Source of the DNA: Hemiscyllium ocellatum
Taxonomy: Eukaryota
Direction of reading: 5' to 3'
DNA length: 64,000 nt
Assembly: GCF_020745735.1 (NCBI RefSeq)
Contig: NC_083426.1
Location: 12,834,001 to 12,898,000 of the forward strand
The notes beneath the pieces were generated by a model, which was not told where the DNA came from, made no database searches, and saw only the letters and a list, made by a program, of their open reading frames with translations. The position numbers and the translations under genes are program-made. Shown here piece by piece: positions 44,299 through 56,584 of the stretch (position 1 is the first letter of the stretch; each line of letters opens with the position of its first letter).

Positions 44299-47200
44299 GT
44301 GAGTGACTATCCGAGTTGTATATTCAGATAATCCACATTTGTTGAAATCCACTGTGTTATAAAGTAGAAATGTTTAAATATTTGAAGATACATAATTGGA
44401 AAAGGGAGAGCTTGTGACACAATGGGTAACATCGTTATTGCCATGGCAAATGCTGAGAGTTCAATTCTTACAAAAGTACATTTTTCAAAGGAATGTGTCT
44501 TCTCACAAAGCCAAACTGGTTCATTTTCAACCTACAAATCCTTCCAACATACAGAGAGTAGGACTGGGTGAGATTCCACATCAGTCTTTTCCAATGCTCA
44601 CTTAAAAATCACGCAAAACAAAGATTTAGTCCAGCAGGTTTATTTGGAAGCATTCGCTTTCAGAGCACTGCTCCTTCATCAGGTGAACACAACCACTTGA
44701 TGAAGAAACAGTTCTTCGAAAGTTAATGCTTCCAAACAAACCTGTTGAACTATAAACTGCTGTTGTGTGATTTGTCTACCCCAGTCCAACACCGGCACCT
44801 CATGGTTATCCAATGCAGAGTGACACCCCTCACATCACAGCAACTGGCTTCAGGCTGGTGACAAGCTGCAGAAAACAGACACAGCATGGACTTTGTCTGC
44901 TCCATGTGTCTCTAAATATGGACGCCATTGAATCTTAAAAAAACAAACATAAAAGTACATGAACAACATCACAAAATGTAGTAATTCTACTAAACACTTT
45001 ATAATCCCATGCTGCAGAGTTCCCAAATAATTTAGAGCAGCATAATGAATTATGAATTAAATTAAAAGGGTACCATAACATTTTTTTCAGTGAAAAAAAG
45101 GGCACAATTATTTTAATTTGACTGAAGTTTTCAATTTTCAATACACACTGAAAAGTGTATGAGGAATAAGCCCTCAAACAAAACATCTTGAGTTTGCTTT
45201 TATTTATTTTATTTTTGAAGATCAATTCATTAAATATTGCTCTGTGAGGCTCAGTCACAAAAGGAGATGGTTGGTTTATTTTTCTCTTCACTTAGAAAAG
45301 CCTTTTTCCTTTCAGTCTAATTGAATCAAGTTGTTTGCTCTCTTTCAATTCCATTGATTTACACAGTACAATAAAGTTAATGCTCATCATTGCAATCGCT
45401 CCATTAATGATAAAGAAATGTTTGAAAGACTCAAGAATAAAATTCTCAGTGTCGCTTTCCCCTCGGCTACAGCTCTGTGAATTCTGTTACATGAAAATTC
45501 CCTGAAATGTTTTGTGGCTCCAGCCCACCAACTTCATGCAGAATACTTCATGGACAGAAATCTGAAACATGCATCTCTCTGCTTTCACAGTTCTCTCTCT
45601 TTCAAGGCTTTCTTTTTCCAATAAGGTCTCTGTCTCCAAACCAGCATCATTTTTAATCATTCACGTATCTCCCTCCCTTTCATCTCAGATCTCCACCTCT
45701 TCACTTACATTTAAAATCCTTTGTTATTTTACTCAAGAATTGTTCGTCACACAAAGGGCAGTTCTCCCAAAAAAACTGTTGGTCTGGCATTGATTGAAGT
45801 AAAGTCTACGCTGTCATCAACAGGCTTCTCCTCTTCAACACCAGGACACAATGTGGCAGCAATTTCAACATTTTCTCATGAACCATCTCTCTGGCACAAT
45901 CAGTAAATTACTTCTGTTATTTTATTATTCATACAATGATATCAATATGTGATTATAAATAATTCTGCCTTTACTGCCCTCAAGATCCTCCACATTGATC
46001 TCTCTCCCATCGTGAACCATCCCTTGCTGAACTTTAATTCTCTTCCTTTCCCACTTAAGGTCTCTTATCATCTTCCTGGATCACCTGTTTTCTCGGCCCC
46101 TTGAGCCCTGAAAATGCAGCCCCTGAGCCCATCATGAGTCCACATAGATCCCTCTCCTCCCTGGATGAAACCCTCCTTCTCCAGTCGGAGTAAGGACCCT
46201 TCAGCACCTGTGCCCTCCTTCACACTGATCTTCAGTCGACTCCAATCCAGGCCTGTCACTCAGGCTGCTCTCCAGGGGGAACAACATTTTGATGATGTCA
46301 CACACGGTGGAGTTAGAGCCCACAGCGGGCAGCACAAACCCAATTTCAAGATTGTCCCAAAGCTCGACCAGGGAGGTAAGAAAATATTCCGACTGTTTCA
46401 ATCATTCCCTGGGAATATGGAACAGCCTGAGGCTCTGATAAGGGTTTATATTAATGATTACCTTCATCATGTACTGGATGGAATGTAGCTGATTAAAATG
46501 TATCTGTTTGTAATAAGCAGTTCTTTCCAGTTAAATTTCTGAAATATTGTCTCCTCAGTTACAGGTGCTGTATGGGCAGAGAAAGGTGTAACGGGAATTT
46601 TGGGAAGAGCGATCACAATATCTTGTCAATACGAAGCACGGAGGTACCAGTCACACAAGAAATATTGGTGTCTCGGATGGACACGTCAGTGTAATGTTAT
46701 AGCAACGACAAATTGGCCAAATGGGAGAATATCAATCACTGACAACAAAACACAAGGAATATTTCTTGTCACAATGAAGAATCTTCAATGGAGGGATGCA
46801 GGATGGTACAGCTGTGGGATTGAGATGTCTGGCTATGACCCGATGTTTAATGTAAAGCTGCACATTTCTGACGGTACGTGACTCACTTTGTTTTAAATTA
46901 CTCTCTGCTGATATGTCTGATCAGTGTTTTATCCAGGAAGAAAAGTGACAAAGTGTTGGGGAATATTTGAATTTTCTCACAGAATAATTGTTTCTTTCCC
47001 ACAGAAGCCATCTCTGTTCCTGGGCTTCGATTTTTATCCCAACCAAATGTCTCATGTTCTGGGGGGTCAGTGACAGTCTCCTGTGAGTCTGCCCGAGGAT
47101 CCCTCCCCATTCACTACACATGGTCTGAGAAAATGCCATCACAAGATTCAAAGATCTCTGACACCAATAAACTGGATCTACATTGTCAATCCTTCACACA

Positions 47201-50200
47201 GCAACAACATCAATATTACTGCTCAGCCTCAAATACTCAGGGAACAAAATCCAGTGAAATTGTTCATGTGTCAGTCAACAATGTAAGAGAGAAGAACTGC
47301 AATTATAGGATACAGATCAACAGCATCGGTAAGTGTGATGTAAACAATATTTGTTTACTATCTCACTCTGGGAAACTGTAATTGATAAATGCACTCCATT
47401 TGTTTTCATTGTCAGTTCTGAACAAAGCCAATGGCTTGCCCTATACTTAGAAAGTACATAAAAGCCTACCCACAGCATAGGGAGACATTGCAACATCTCC
47501 AATGATCCCAGCAAATTAAAATAGCATTTGATTGACAGACAATTTGCATTTTTGTAACAGAAGGAATTATTAAATTTAGTCAGTGACTGTTGTGTGCAGA
47601 TTTAGGACAAATATTGGGGACAGATTGGAGATCAGTTGCACAAATGAAATACAGAGGAACCTCGATTATCTGAACGTCGATGATCCTAATTTCGGGTTAT
47701 CCAAACAGGATCTCAAGGTCCCGATGCTTTGGTGAACTGTATTATCCAAACATTCGATTATCCAGACAAAACATTCCCTTCCCGAGTCATTTGGATTATC
47801 AAGGGTCCTCTGTATATGTAAATATTGCCTGCAGCCATTTCCTGATCTGATCTGTTTGAGCTGTCAGAGAAGAAGCAAGTCAGCATCAAGTCGAAGTGAC
47901 ACACGGGAACTGTATTTGGAACTATCAGCAGCAGCTCATGTGGCTGCACTCTCACTTTTGATGCCAGCATGTTGGGGGTTCCAGTTCCCCTTCAGGGTTA
48001 AAATTCAGCTGGATCCCACTGCCCAGCAGAGAGAAGTAATGCTGTGCTGTGGCAGGTGAGACAGTGTCAATGAGGCGATAAACTGAGAACCTGTTCCCCC
48101 TTTAGGAATGGCACCATTTGTAAACTATTTACAGAATGGAGGTCTCCTAGTGTCTGAGCAAGCATTCATTCCTCAATCAATGTTACTAAAAACAATCAGA
48201 TTTTTGAGAAATTATTTCACTTTAGGTTTGAGTTATTGTTGCATTCCAACTGTTTGTTTCCATCTCCTCAGATCCTGTAATGTACCAAAACCCATCTGAT
48301 TCATTAATGTTCTTTAGGGAAGGAAATCTCTAGCCTTTTCCAGGTCTGCTCCACATGGGACTCCAGCAATGTGGTTTGTTCTTAAACTGCTCTCTTCAAA
48401 AGGTTTAGAAAGTCACTCAGTCAGGGTTAATTAGAAATGGGCTACAAAATCTGGCCATTAAAGACCAAAAAATAGAGAATCAACAGTTTACTTGTTGCAG
48501 AAATAATTCACATAAAACACACCCAAGCCGTATTGCCTGTGTACCCCTTGGAGATGGGGAACCTTATCAGTCTACCTCATGGATCCTTTTGGTTCAGTTG
48601 ATGGAAAATCTTTGGTGGGTTTTGTGTCTATAAATGAGGCTTCCCATTATTCCTGCAAGATCGGAAAACCATCTCAAGAGGGTGGAAGAGACCTCTGTCG
48701 GCAAGTGACAGCTCCATGTGAAACCCGTGGTTTTAAACAAGTGGGATACCTGGGTCATAGTTACCAGCTCAAACCCTTTAACAAACCCCAATGGAACACA
48801 CCAACTCTCAGATTCAGGGAAAAAAGTAACCGGGATCGTCATTGTGTGCAACCACAGGAGATGGGAGAGATACTAAACAGTCCACGTTACAGAAGAGGAA
48901 GTGCTGAAAGTCTCAAAATGCATAACAAGAGATAAATCTCCAAAATCCGATCAAATGTCATCCAAACCAATGTGGGAAATTAGGGAAGAAATTGTGGGGC
49001 CCCTAGCAAAGCTATTTGTATCATCCACAGTCACAGGTGAGGTGCTGGAGGACTGGAGGGTGGCTAATATTATTCATTTAGTTCGGAAAGGCTGTATGGA
49101 GAAGCCTGGGAATTATAGATCTGCGAGTCTGACAGCAGTGGTGGGTAGGTTGTTGGAGGGGATTTTGAGAGATTGCATGTATATGCATTTGGAGAGGCAC
49201 AAACTGATTAGGTATCATGCTTTGGAAATCGTGTGTTACAAACTTGATTGAGTTTTTTGAGGACGTAACTAAAAAGATTGATTAGGGTAGAGCAGTAGGC
49301 AATGTTTCACATGGTGGACGAAATAAAGTTAGATCACATGGATTCAGGGCGAGCTTGCCAATTGAATACAAAATTAACTTGATGGCAGGAGACAGAGGGT
49401 AATGGTGGAGGGTCATTTTTTTCGATTGGAGATGTGTGACCTGTGGTATTCTGCAGTGATCGGATTAAGTTATATAAATTATTTGAATGAGAATTTAGAA
49501 GGAATGGTTAGCAAGTTTGTGGATGACACCAAAATTGGTGGTATTGTTGATAGTGATGAATGTTATCTATGATTACAAAGGGATCTTGCTCAATTGGGCC
49601 AGTTAGCTGAGGATTGGCAGTTAGTTTCATTTGCATCAATGCGAGCTATAGCCTTTTGGTAAAACGAACAAAGACAGGACTTATACAATTAAAGGTAGGG
49701 CCCTGGGTAATGCTGTCAAACAGAGAGTCCCAGGAGATCTTTGAAATTTTCATCCCAGGTAGACAGGGTGGTTAAGAAGCTATTTAGTATGCTTACCATC
49801 ATTGCTCAGACCAATGAGTGTTGGAGTTGGTACAGCACGTTGCGCTTGCATAGAATGATGGTGAGGCCACTTTTTGTTTTGTGCGTACAGTTCATGTCAC
49901 CCTGCTTCAGGAAGGTTATTATTAATTTGAAGAGGTTTCAGAAAAGATCTACTAAGATGTTGTCGTGATTGGAGGGTTTGAGTGATAAGGATAGGCTGGG
50001 ACTTTTTCCACTGGATCGGAGAAGGTTGAGAGGTGACTTTATAAGAGGATAATAAAATCATGAGGTGAATAGCAAAGATTTTTAATCATGAGGCAGAGTG
50101 AGTTCAAAGTGAGGAGGTATACTTTTAAGATGTAAGGAGAACAATGTAAAAGGGAGGTGTGGTGCCACACGTTGACACAGAGGGTGGCTCATTTGTGGAA

Positions 50201-53200
50201 TGAAATGCCAGAGGACATGGTGGATGAAGCTAGAGTTACATGTAAACGACATTTGATTAGATACATGAATAGAAAAGGTTTAGAGTGACATGAGCCAAAT
50301 GCAGAAGAGTGGTACTAATTTATTTTGAGAAACTTTTTGGGCACTGATGCGTTAAACAGAAGGGTCTCTTTCCGTGCTGACCATGACTCTAACATTTTCA
50401 GCAGAGTTAGACCACTTATAGGTGTCATTGTTACCAGGGAAGGGGAATTAATGCAAAACTCCATGATATCAAATGGGCTGTTCCCCAAGTAATGAAGTTC
50501 CATTTATTCATGAGGTTCTCTCTGGTAACTACAAATGAAAAGGAGATGAATCTGAACATCATTCCCTTGTTTCAACAGGTGGACGATATAATTGTACTGT
50601 TTCTTCAACAACATCACCAGGAACTACACATTCCCCAAATACAAGTGGAGGTTCCTCTGCCAGTCTAACCCAACTCTCCGGAAATAATTCCCATGAAACG
50701 TATGATATTATCTTTTTCATTCCATGTGTGAGGTTTACAATATTTTTGAACAATTATTGGCGAAACGTGTCAAAGCCTTTTGTTGTTTTGGAAATGAAAA
50801 TGGTGCTGGGTTTATATTGAGCTCCTGTGTTAGTTCCATATTAAAGGTTCAATTGTTTTTGAAAAGCACAAATGGAAAATAATTGTTTCTATTTTGTTGG
50901 CCCTCAGATGGCATTGCTCATCTTCATTACTTCACCATTAATCTACACCATCTGTCATGTCCCTGCTTGCCAAACGTACCTTGCTGCTGTGATCTTGAGT
51001 GAGGTTTCAGGATAGTGTCATTCCTGCTGGTGAAAAGGAAGGTTTGAAGTGATATTTCTGCACAGGGACAGATAGCTCGCAGCGTTAGGCTTTAGCCTGA
51101 GTTCATCAGCCTGAGCTGTCGGTAATAAGCTGCAGGAACTGTAAGTGTGATAGAAACACTGAGCAAATCATTCTTGGAAGTTACAATGGGGATGAGGGAA
51201 AAGTGCCAATTAAGTGTCAGTTAGAAACGGAGAATATTGGAAACGCAAAGTGATTTAATCTATATTTGGATAGAAATAGCTCAGTGCAGAATTCTTCACA
51301 ATTGTAGTCGACACCCGAAGCAACCCCCAGATACTGTCTGATCATACCTTTCCAGCAACTTCTGTTTTTCATTCAGGTCTCCAGCACATGTTATTCATTT
51401 GTTTTTAAACAGATAATACTCTGTGATTCAAAAAGCATTGAAAGTTTATAAATTTTATTTGCAGTCATATCTATATATCTGTTGTGTTAAGTTTGTGTAA
51501 ATGAAGATCATCGGAATCTAACATCCATTCTCAAACCTGTTGTTGCTAATTTTTAGTGGTCATCCAGTGTTCCTTTATTCCATTTTTACCGAGTGAAATT
51601 TACCACATCTTAAAAAGGCTCAGTGGTGGTACACTCACCTTCTATGTCAGAGATTGTGAGTTTACTTCCTCTTCAGAACCATGGGCACATTATCAATGCT
51701 GAGTCCCTAGTGCAGTACTGAGGCAGTGCCATGCTATTGTGGTACTATCTTCCCTGTGTGATCAATCCAGGCCCCATCTCCCCCTCTCAGGGGAACGTGA
51801 CAGATCTCTTGGTGATATTTGTGGAAGAGCAGGGCTGTTCTCCCTGGAGATCTGGGCAATACTTCTCCCTTACCAATTCCAAATTGCATGATCAGTCATC
51901 TGATTATTGTTTGTTGAAATATACTGTGTGCAAATTGAATGCCATGTTTGCCTAAAAAACATTTAAGTATTTCACTTCATGCATTGTTTTTGGATGTCCT
52001 GAGGTCATGAAAGTGTTTCTTAATATATTTCTTGCATCAAAGGGCCTAGAATCATGGGTGGCACAGTGGCACGGTGGTTAGCACTGCTGCCTCACAGCAC
52101 CAGAGACCTGAGTTCAATTCCTGCCTCAGGCGACTGACTGTGTGGAGTTTGCACGTTCTCCCTGTGTCTGTGTGGGTTTCCTCCGGGTGCTCCGGTTTCC
52201 TCCCAGTCACAAAGATGTGTGGGTCAGGTGAATTGGCCATGCTAAATTGCCCGTAGTGTTAGGTAAGGTGTAAATGTATGGGTGGGTTGTGCTTCGGCGG
52301 GTTGGTGTGGACATTTTGGGCCGAAGGGCCTGTTTCCACACTGTAAGTAATCTAATTGATTGTGTATTAACACTGTCCCTTTTCTATTCTCAATATCCCA
52401 GTCTGGTTTACATTGTGGTCGGTGTACTGGGGGCCATTCTGGTTGTTTTTGCTGTTGCTCTACTTTTGTACCTAAGACAAATCAACAAGGGTGAGTTTTT
52501 ATTTCTCTTCAATTGTTTCATTTACCTCAATAGCTTGTAGTTGAGAATAGTAAGTATATCAGACTTGGATCTTCTAATGGCTAGATATCTGATATTCCAG
52601 TATAGTCAGGAGCTGCATGTGGGAACACTGCAGAATCTCCATCCTAGCAGACGCTGAAGAGATTGCCCCGAAAATTGAATGTTCCACTTGGCAATTCCTC
52701 AAACCTGGGACCATTCATTTAATTCAGTGATTTTCAATAAAATTCAGTAAAATCATTACTCGGTAAAAGTTAGGTTAATAAATGGGTGGCCAAATGTCTG
52801 AGTAACTGTTCAACTAACCCCGTACTTACTTCACATGTCCTGAACAATATCTTCTCAAGCCTCCTTACACCCCTCAGACTCATGTTGGGAATTGTGTTGC
52901 GATGGTGATGAATGAAGTTCAGTGCATACAGGATTATGTACACTGCAAAACATGTTCAGTTTGAAGATTTTAAACATCTAGCATTCCTGTCAAATTAGCT
53001 TGAACAATTCAATTGTAATGTTTCAGGTACACTCTGCATCATGTGTCAACAAAGTGATAAGTCTCTTAATAATGGCCAGGTAAGGATGATAAATATTAAA
53101 CTGTATGGAAATTTGCAGAACATAGCAAATGTCTGTACTGGAAATCCTGTTTGGTCCATGTAGTGCACGTCGGCTCTTATCCTCCTCACAAGATTTCCTG

Positions 53201-54114
53201 AATTCCTTTTCATCTAACCCTATCAATTTCCAACTCCTGCTTTCTCCACATGCTTATCAAGTTCTCTCTCAAATATCACAATGCAACTTGACTCAACTCC
53301 TCCCTTAGAAAAAAAATAGAAAATTCAGGAGAAACCTTGTTATCCAAAGATTGTCAGAAAGTGGAACTTATTGCCATTAGGGGTCCTTGAGGCAAATATT
53401 GTAAATCCATTCAGAGGGGCAGCTGGATAAGAACAGGAGGATGAAATGAATAGCAAGATATATCGATGAGATTGGATGAAAATGGATAGAGGAGGCTCAA
53501 GAGGAGAAGGGCTTTTACCCAAAACATCAACTCTCCTGCTCCTCGGATGCTGCCTGACCTGCTCTGCTTTTCCAGCACCACACTTGCAACTCTAATCTCA
53601 GCATCTGCAGTCCTCACTTTTGCCTAGTCAAGAGGAGAATTACTTTAGTACTGGGTTCAAATGCCTGTTCTACACTGGAAGTGATTTATAATATCTTCTA
53701 TTACTGTACATTGATTAATAATAATCAAGAATTTGCTTTCTCTTTGTAAGGACACAAATCATCATTCAAGTGAATGAAAAATATGTTTTTCTTCCATTTT
53801 AGGAATTGGTGCCAGTGGAAGAGAACTTGGTATATGCAAACATAAACCACACTCAAAGGAACACAGCAGAAAGACAAAGCAAGAGAAGAAGCAACTTGAA
53901 GAATGATGAAATCACATACGCGGCATTGGAATTTCAAAAGAAATCATTATCACTGAGAGGTGGGCTGGCAATGCACACAGGTGACAACTCAGACAGTGTC
54001 ACCTACAGTGAGCTCAACTTTCCAACCCAGCCGCCAAAGGGGAATAAAAATGCCCCAAAACGCAACACCCCTCAGGAATCTGGAAGGGAAGTTTATGCTG
54101 ATATTACTTTTTAG
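44262..54114 (+). CDS. Gene B: CD300/pIgR-like (MDIR-like) inhibitory receptor, V-C2-stalk-TM-ITIM tail, 414 aa
   Basis: join(44262..44298,46565..46873,47005..47328,50579..50699,52402..52490,53027..53079,53803..54114) = 1245 nt. All introns GT-AG, open frame. Confidence 0.9.
44598..44808. mobile_element. Penelope family 2 inverted insert in gene B intron 1
   Basis: TSD TCCAATGC; empty in gene A at about 9440; two mutated hammerhead cores. Confidence 0.75.
46565..46873 (+). CDS. Gene B exon 2, Ig V-set domain
   Basis: ttacag|GT acceptor and GACG|gtacgt donor, 309 nt. [19 protein letters not shown]; FG loop is 2 aa shorter than in gene A. Confidence 0.92.
47005..47328 (+). CDS. Gene B exon 3, Ig C2-type domain
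   Basis: cccacag|AA acceptor and ATCG|gtaagt donor, 324 nt; all five Cys retained. Confidence 0.9.
47652..47812. mobile_element. Tc1/mariner (pogo/Tigger-like) MITE, 161 bp
   Basis: Imperfect TIRs CAGAGGAACCTCGATTATC / CAGAGGACCCTTGATAATC with TA on both sides; absent from gene A at about 14535. Confidence 0.75.
48855..50390 (+). mobile_element. Old CR1 fragment in gene B post-C2 intron
   Basis: Paralogous to 24725-26165 plus 28480-28680. Confidence 0.8.
50579..50699 (+). CDS. Gene B exon 4, Ser/Thr-rich stalk
   Basis: tttcaacag|GT acceptor and AC|gtatga donor, 121 nt. [40 protein letters not shown]. Confidence 0.82.
52054..52357 (+). mobile_element. HE1-like SINE 44 nt upstream of the gene B TM exon
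   Basis: A/B boxes and TAATC tail; absent from gene A at about 31368. Confidence 0.88.
52402..52490 (+). CDS. Gene B exon 5, transmembrane segment
   Basis: atcccag|T acceptor and AAGG|gtgagt donor. [29 protein letters not shown]. Confidence 0.88.
53027..53079 (+). CDS. Gene B exon 6, juxtamembrane CxxC exon
   Basis: tttcag|GT acceptor and CAG|gtaagg donor, 53 nt. GTLCIMCQQSDKSLNNGQ. Confidence 0.8.
53509..53627 (+). mobile_element. Penelope family 1 mini-insert truncated inside the hammerhead
   Basis: Perfect 12-bp TSD TCAAGAGGAGAA; empty in gene A at about 34385. Confidence 0.8.
53803..54114 (+). CDS. Gene B exon 7, ITIM-bearing cytoplasmic tail
   Basis: ttttag|GAA acceptor, ORF to TAG at 54114. 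Motifs LVYANI, ITYAALE, VTYSEL and EVYADI. Confidence 0.9.
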   Translation, partial: ELVPVEENLVYANINHTQRNTAERQSKRRSNLKNDEITYAALEFQKKSLSLRGGLAMHTGDNSDSVTYSELNFPTQPPKGNKNAPKRNTPQESGREVYADITF

Positions 54115-54325
54115 GAAAACCATGATGAGATATTTGTACTCTTCATTTTTCCTTCTTTGCAATGCAGTTGTATTGAATTTTGTCTGTTGTAAGCTGCCCG
54201 CACATTTACTTTGTCCAACTCCTTAGGATTTGATCCCAACAATTCCATGCTCTATCCAGTTTGGTTTCCTCAGCAGATGGAATCAATCTATCTTTTCTTC
54301 CCAAGTCTGGATCACTTGCATAAAA

Positions 54326-54555
54326 TCTTCGAGAAGAAAGTGAGGACTGCAGATGCTGGAGATCAGAGCTGAAAATGTGTTGCTGGAAAAGCGCAGCAGG
54401 TCAGGCAGCATCCAAGGAGCAAGAAAATCGACGTTTCGGGCATGAGCCCTTCTTCAGGAAAGATTCCTGAAAAAGGCTCATGCCCGAAACGTCGATTCTC
54501 CTGCTCCTTGGATCCTGCCTGACCTGCTGCACTTTTCCAGCAACACATTTTCAGC
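54326..54555. mobile_element. Penelope family 1 palindromic insert downstream of the gene B stop
   Basis: Arms 54368-54460 and 54464-54555 with a 3-nt spacer; imperfect TSD ACTTGCnnAAAAT. Intact hammerhead core on the minus strand at 54460-54426. Confidence 0.8.
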
Positions 54556-55639
54556 ACTTGCTGAAAATAGCAAGAGCAGAAGTCTAAATACCAAGGTGTT
54601 TGGCAACCCAATCATTCCCCATCTCCTTGTCTCCCCTCACTCTAACCTCTGAGTCACAGATTCCGGGTCAGAGCCCCATTCCCAGAGCTAAATTCAAAAA
54701 TCAAACTTGACATGCTAGCATGGGACTATGGGACCCTAATGATTGTGTGATACAGAACTGGCACATTGTTAAAAAGAGATGGAAAAGTTAAAGTTTTTGT
54801 TCCACTCTCATCAGGACTAAGCCACAAGAAACTAAACTTTAAAAGGGAATATCAATATAAACAGCATGAGGAGAGAGTGCAAATTGTTTGGATAATGGTT
54901 GACATGGAGATGTAGCAGAAGCTGTTAACCATCAAATTTAACTGATTAAACTCAGACCAGCCAAGTAGGCTCTGATTGGTTAAGGCTGCAATGATTAGCA
55001 AAGTGCATGATTCTCTCCTCAATTAAAGAGGTGAGATGGACGGACATACTCATTTTCCTGGAAAGAACAGGGCCCTCAGTAGTAATATATGTAATTTCTA
55101 GCCTGCACAAATGAATCACACTGCAAGCCCAGTGGATAATCTGAAACTGGTTTCCAGTGTGTTTCTGTGCACAGGTCGGACTGTTCAATATTGTTCAACA
55201 GCAGCATCATGTCTAATGTTGGATATGTCACCCTGGGATTACAGTATGGGCTTGTTAACATGATTGGCTCACTGCTGACTTGCAGTGTTGTCTGATATAG
55301 TCAGCCTACACACTTGGCATCACAGCAACATTAAAGCTGGTATTCCACAGTGTTTCTGGATTATAACAATTGGGAAGTGGAATTGGTTGGACATTATTGT
55401 GTTGAAGAGGGATTTAACATGTGATTGCTGGAAAAATGTCAAAGGTCAAAGCAAACTGTTTTTTTTTATGCTGTGTTCTCGAACAACAAATTATTTTGGG
55501 AAGTCGGCAACCTGAAACTTTTAAAAGAGATTGTATTTGTCTAAACGTCTGAACAAATTTGAAGAGAAATCCTTAGCCTTGTCCTGTTGTCTGAATTTAT
55601 CTCACCCACAAACCCTCTGAAGAGCTGTGGGCAATGATG

Positions 55640-56085
55640 TAGAGGTGAAAATGTGTTGTTGGAAAAGCACAGCAGGTCAGGCAGCATCCAAGGAGCAGGA
55701 GAATCGACGTTTCGGGCATGAGCCCTTCTCCAGGAATGAGGAAAGTGTGCCGAGCAGGCTAAGATAAAAGGTAGGGAGGGACTTGGGGGAGGGACGTTGG
55801 AAATACGATAGGTGGAAAGAGGTCAAGGTTAGGGTGATAGGCCAGAGTGGGGGTGGGGGCGGAGAGATCAGGAAGAAGATTGCAGGTTAGGAAGGCGGTG
55901 CTGAGTTCGAGGGATTTGACTGAGACAAGTGGAGGAGGGGAAATGAGGAAACTGGAGAAATCTTAGTTCATCCCTTGTGGTTGGAGGGTTCCCAGGCGGA
56001 AGATGAGGTGCTGTTTCTCCAGCCGCCGTGTTGCTATGGTCTGGTGATGGAGGAGTCCAAGGGCCTGCATGTCCTTGGTGGAGTG
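55640..56085 (-). mobile_element. Penelope family 1 3' fragment
   Basis: [36 protein letters not shown] (GIY-YIG C-terminus) followed by the terminal repeat. Confidence 0.8.
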
Positions 56086-56505
56086 GTTCTCCACCCTGGG
56101 TTGAATTTGTATCACAGCAGGAAAGTCCAAGCTCCAACAACACCAACCCACCACCAATTGAGACCCTTAAGTGCTCATTCAGCCCCCCAGTAGGACACAA
56201 AGAGTGAACGGTGTGTGGGGTGCGGCATGTGGGGTGTGGGATGTGTGTCCAATTAGATGTATCTTGTTGAATAAGCAAAATGTCATTTATTGCATTTATT
56301 GCAACTCTTTAGAATTTAGAATAGACTCCACATTTCTTTAAAGAAGGCTGTGAGGCCACCTAGCCTCCGTTCCTACTTCACTCCCTCCCCAAGTCATTAT
56401 GATATATCAGTCAGTAATGATTCTTGCATTCAATTAAATGTTAACTTTTTCAGACCCTTTCATACCTATATACAACATTTCCCACAGGTTTTGTTTTTGC
56501 ATCAC

Positions 56506-56529
56506 TATTATTATTATTATTATTATTAT
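56506..56529. repeat. (TAT)8 microsatellite
   Basis: Direct reading. Confidence 0.9.
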
Positions 56530-56584
56530 GTATTTATTTGCAATTACATTTAGCACTATCCCAGCTCCCTCCAGAAACTTTGAC

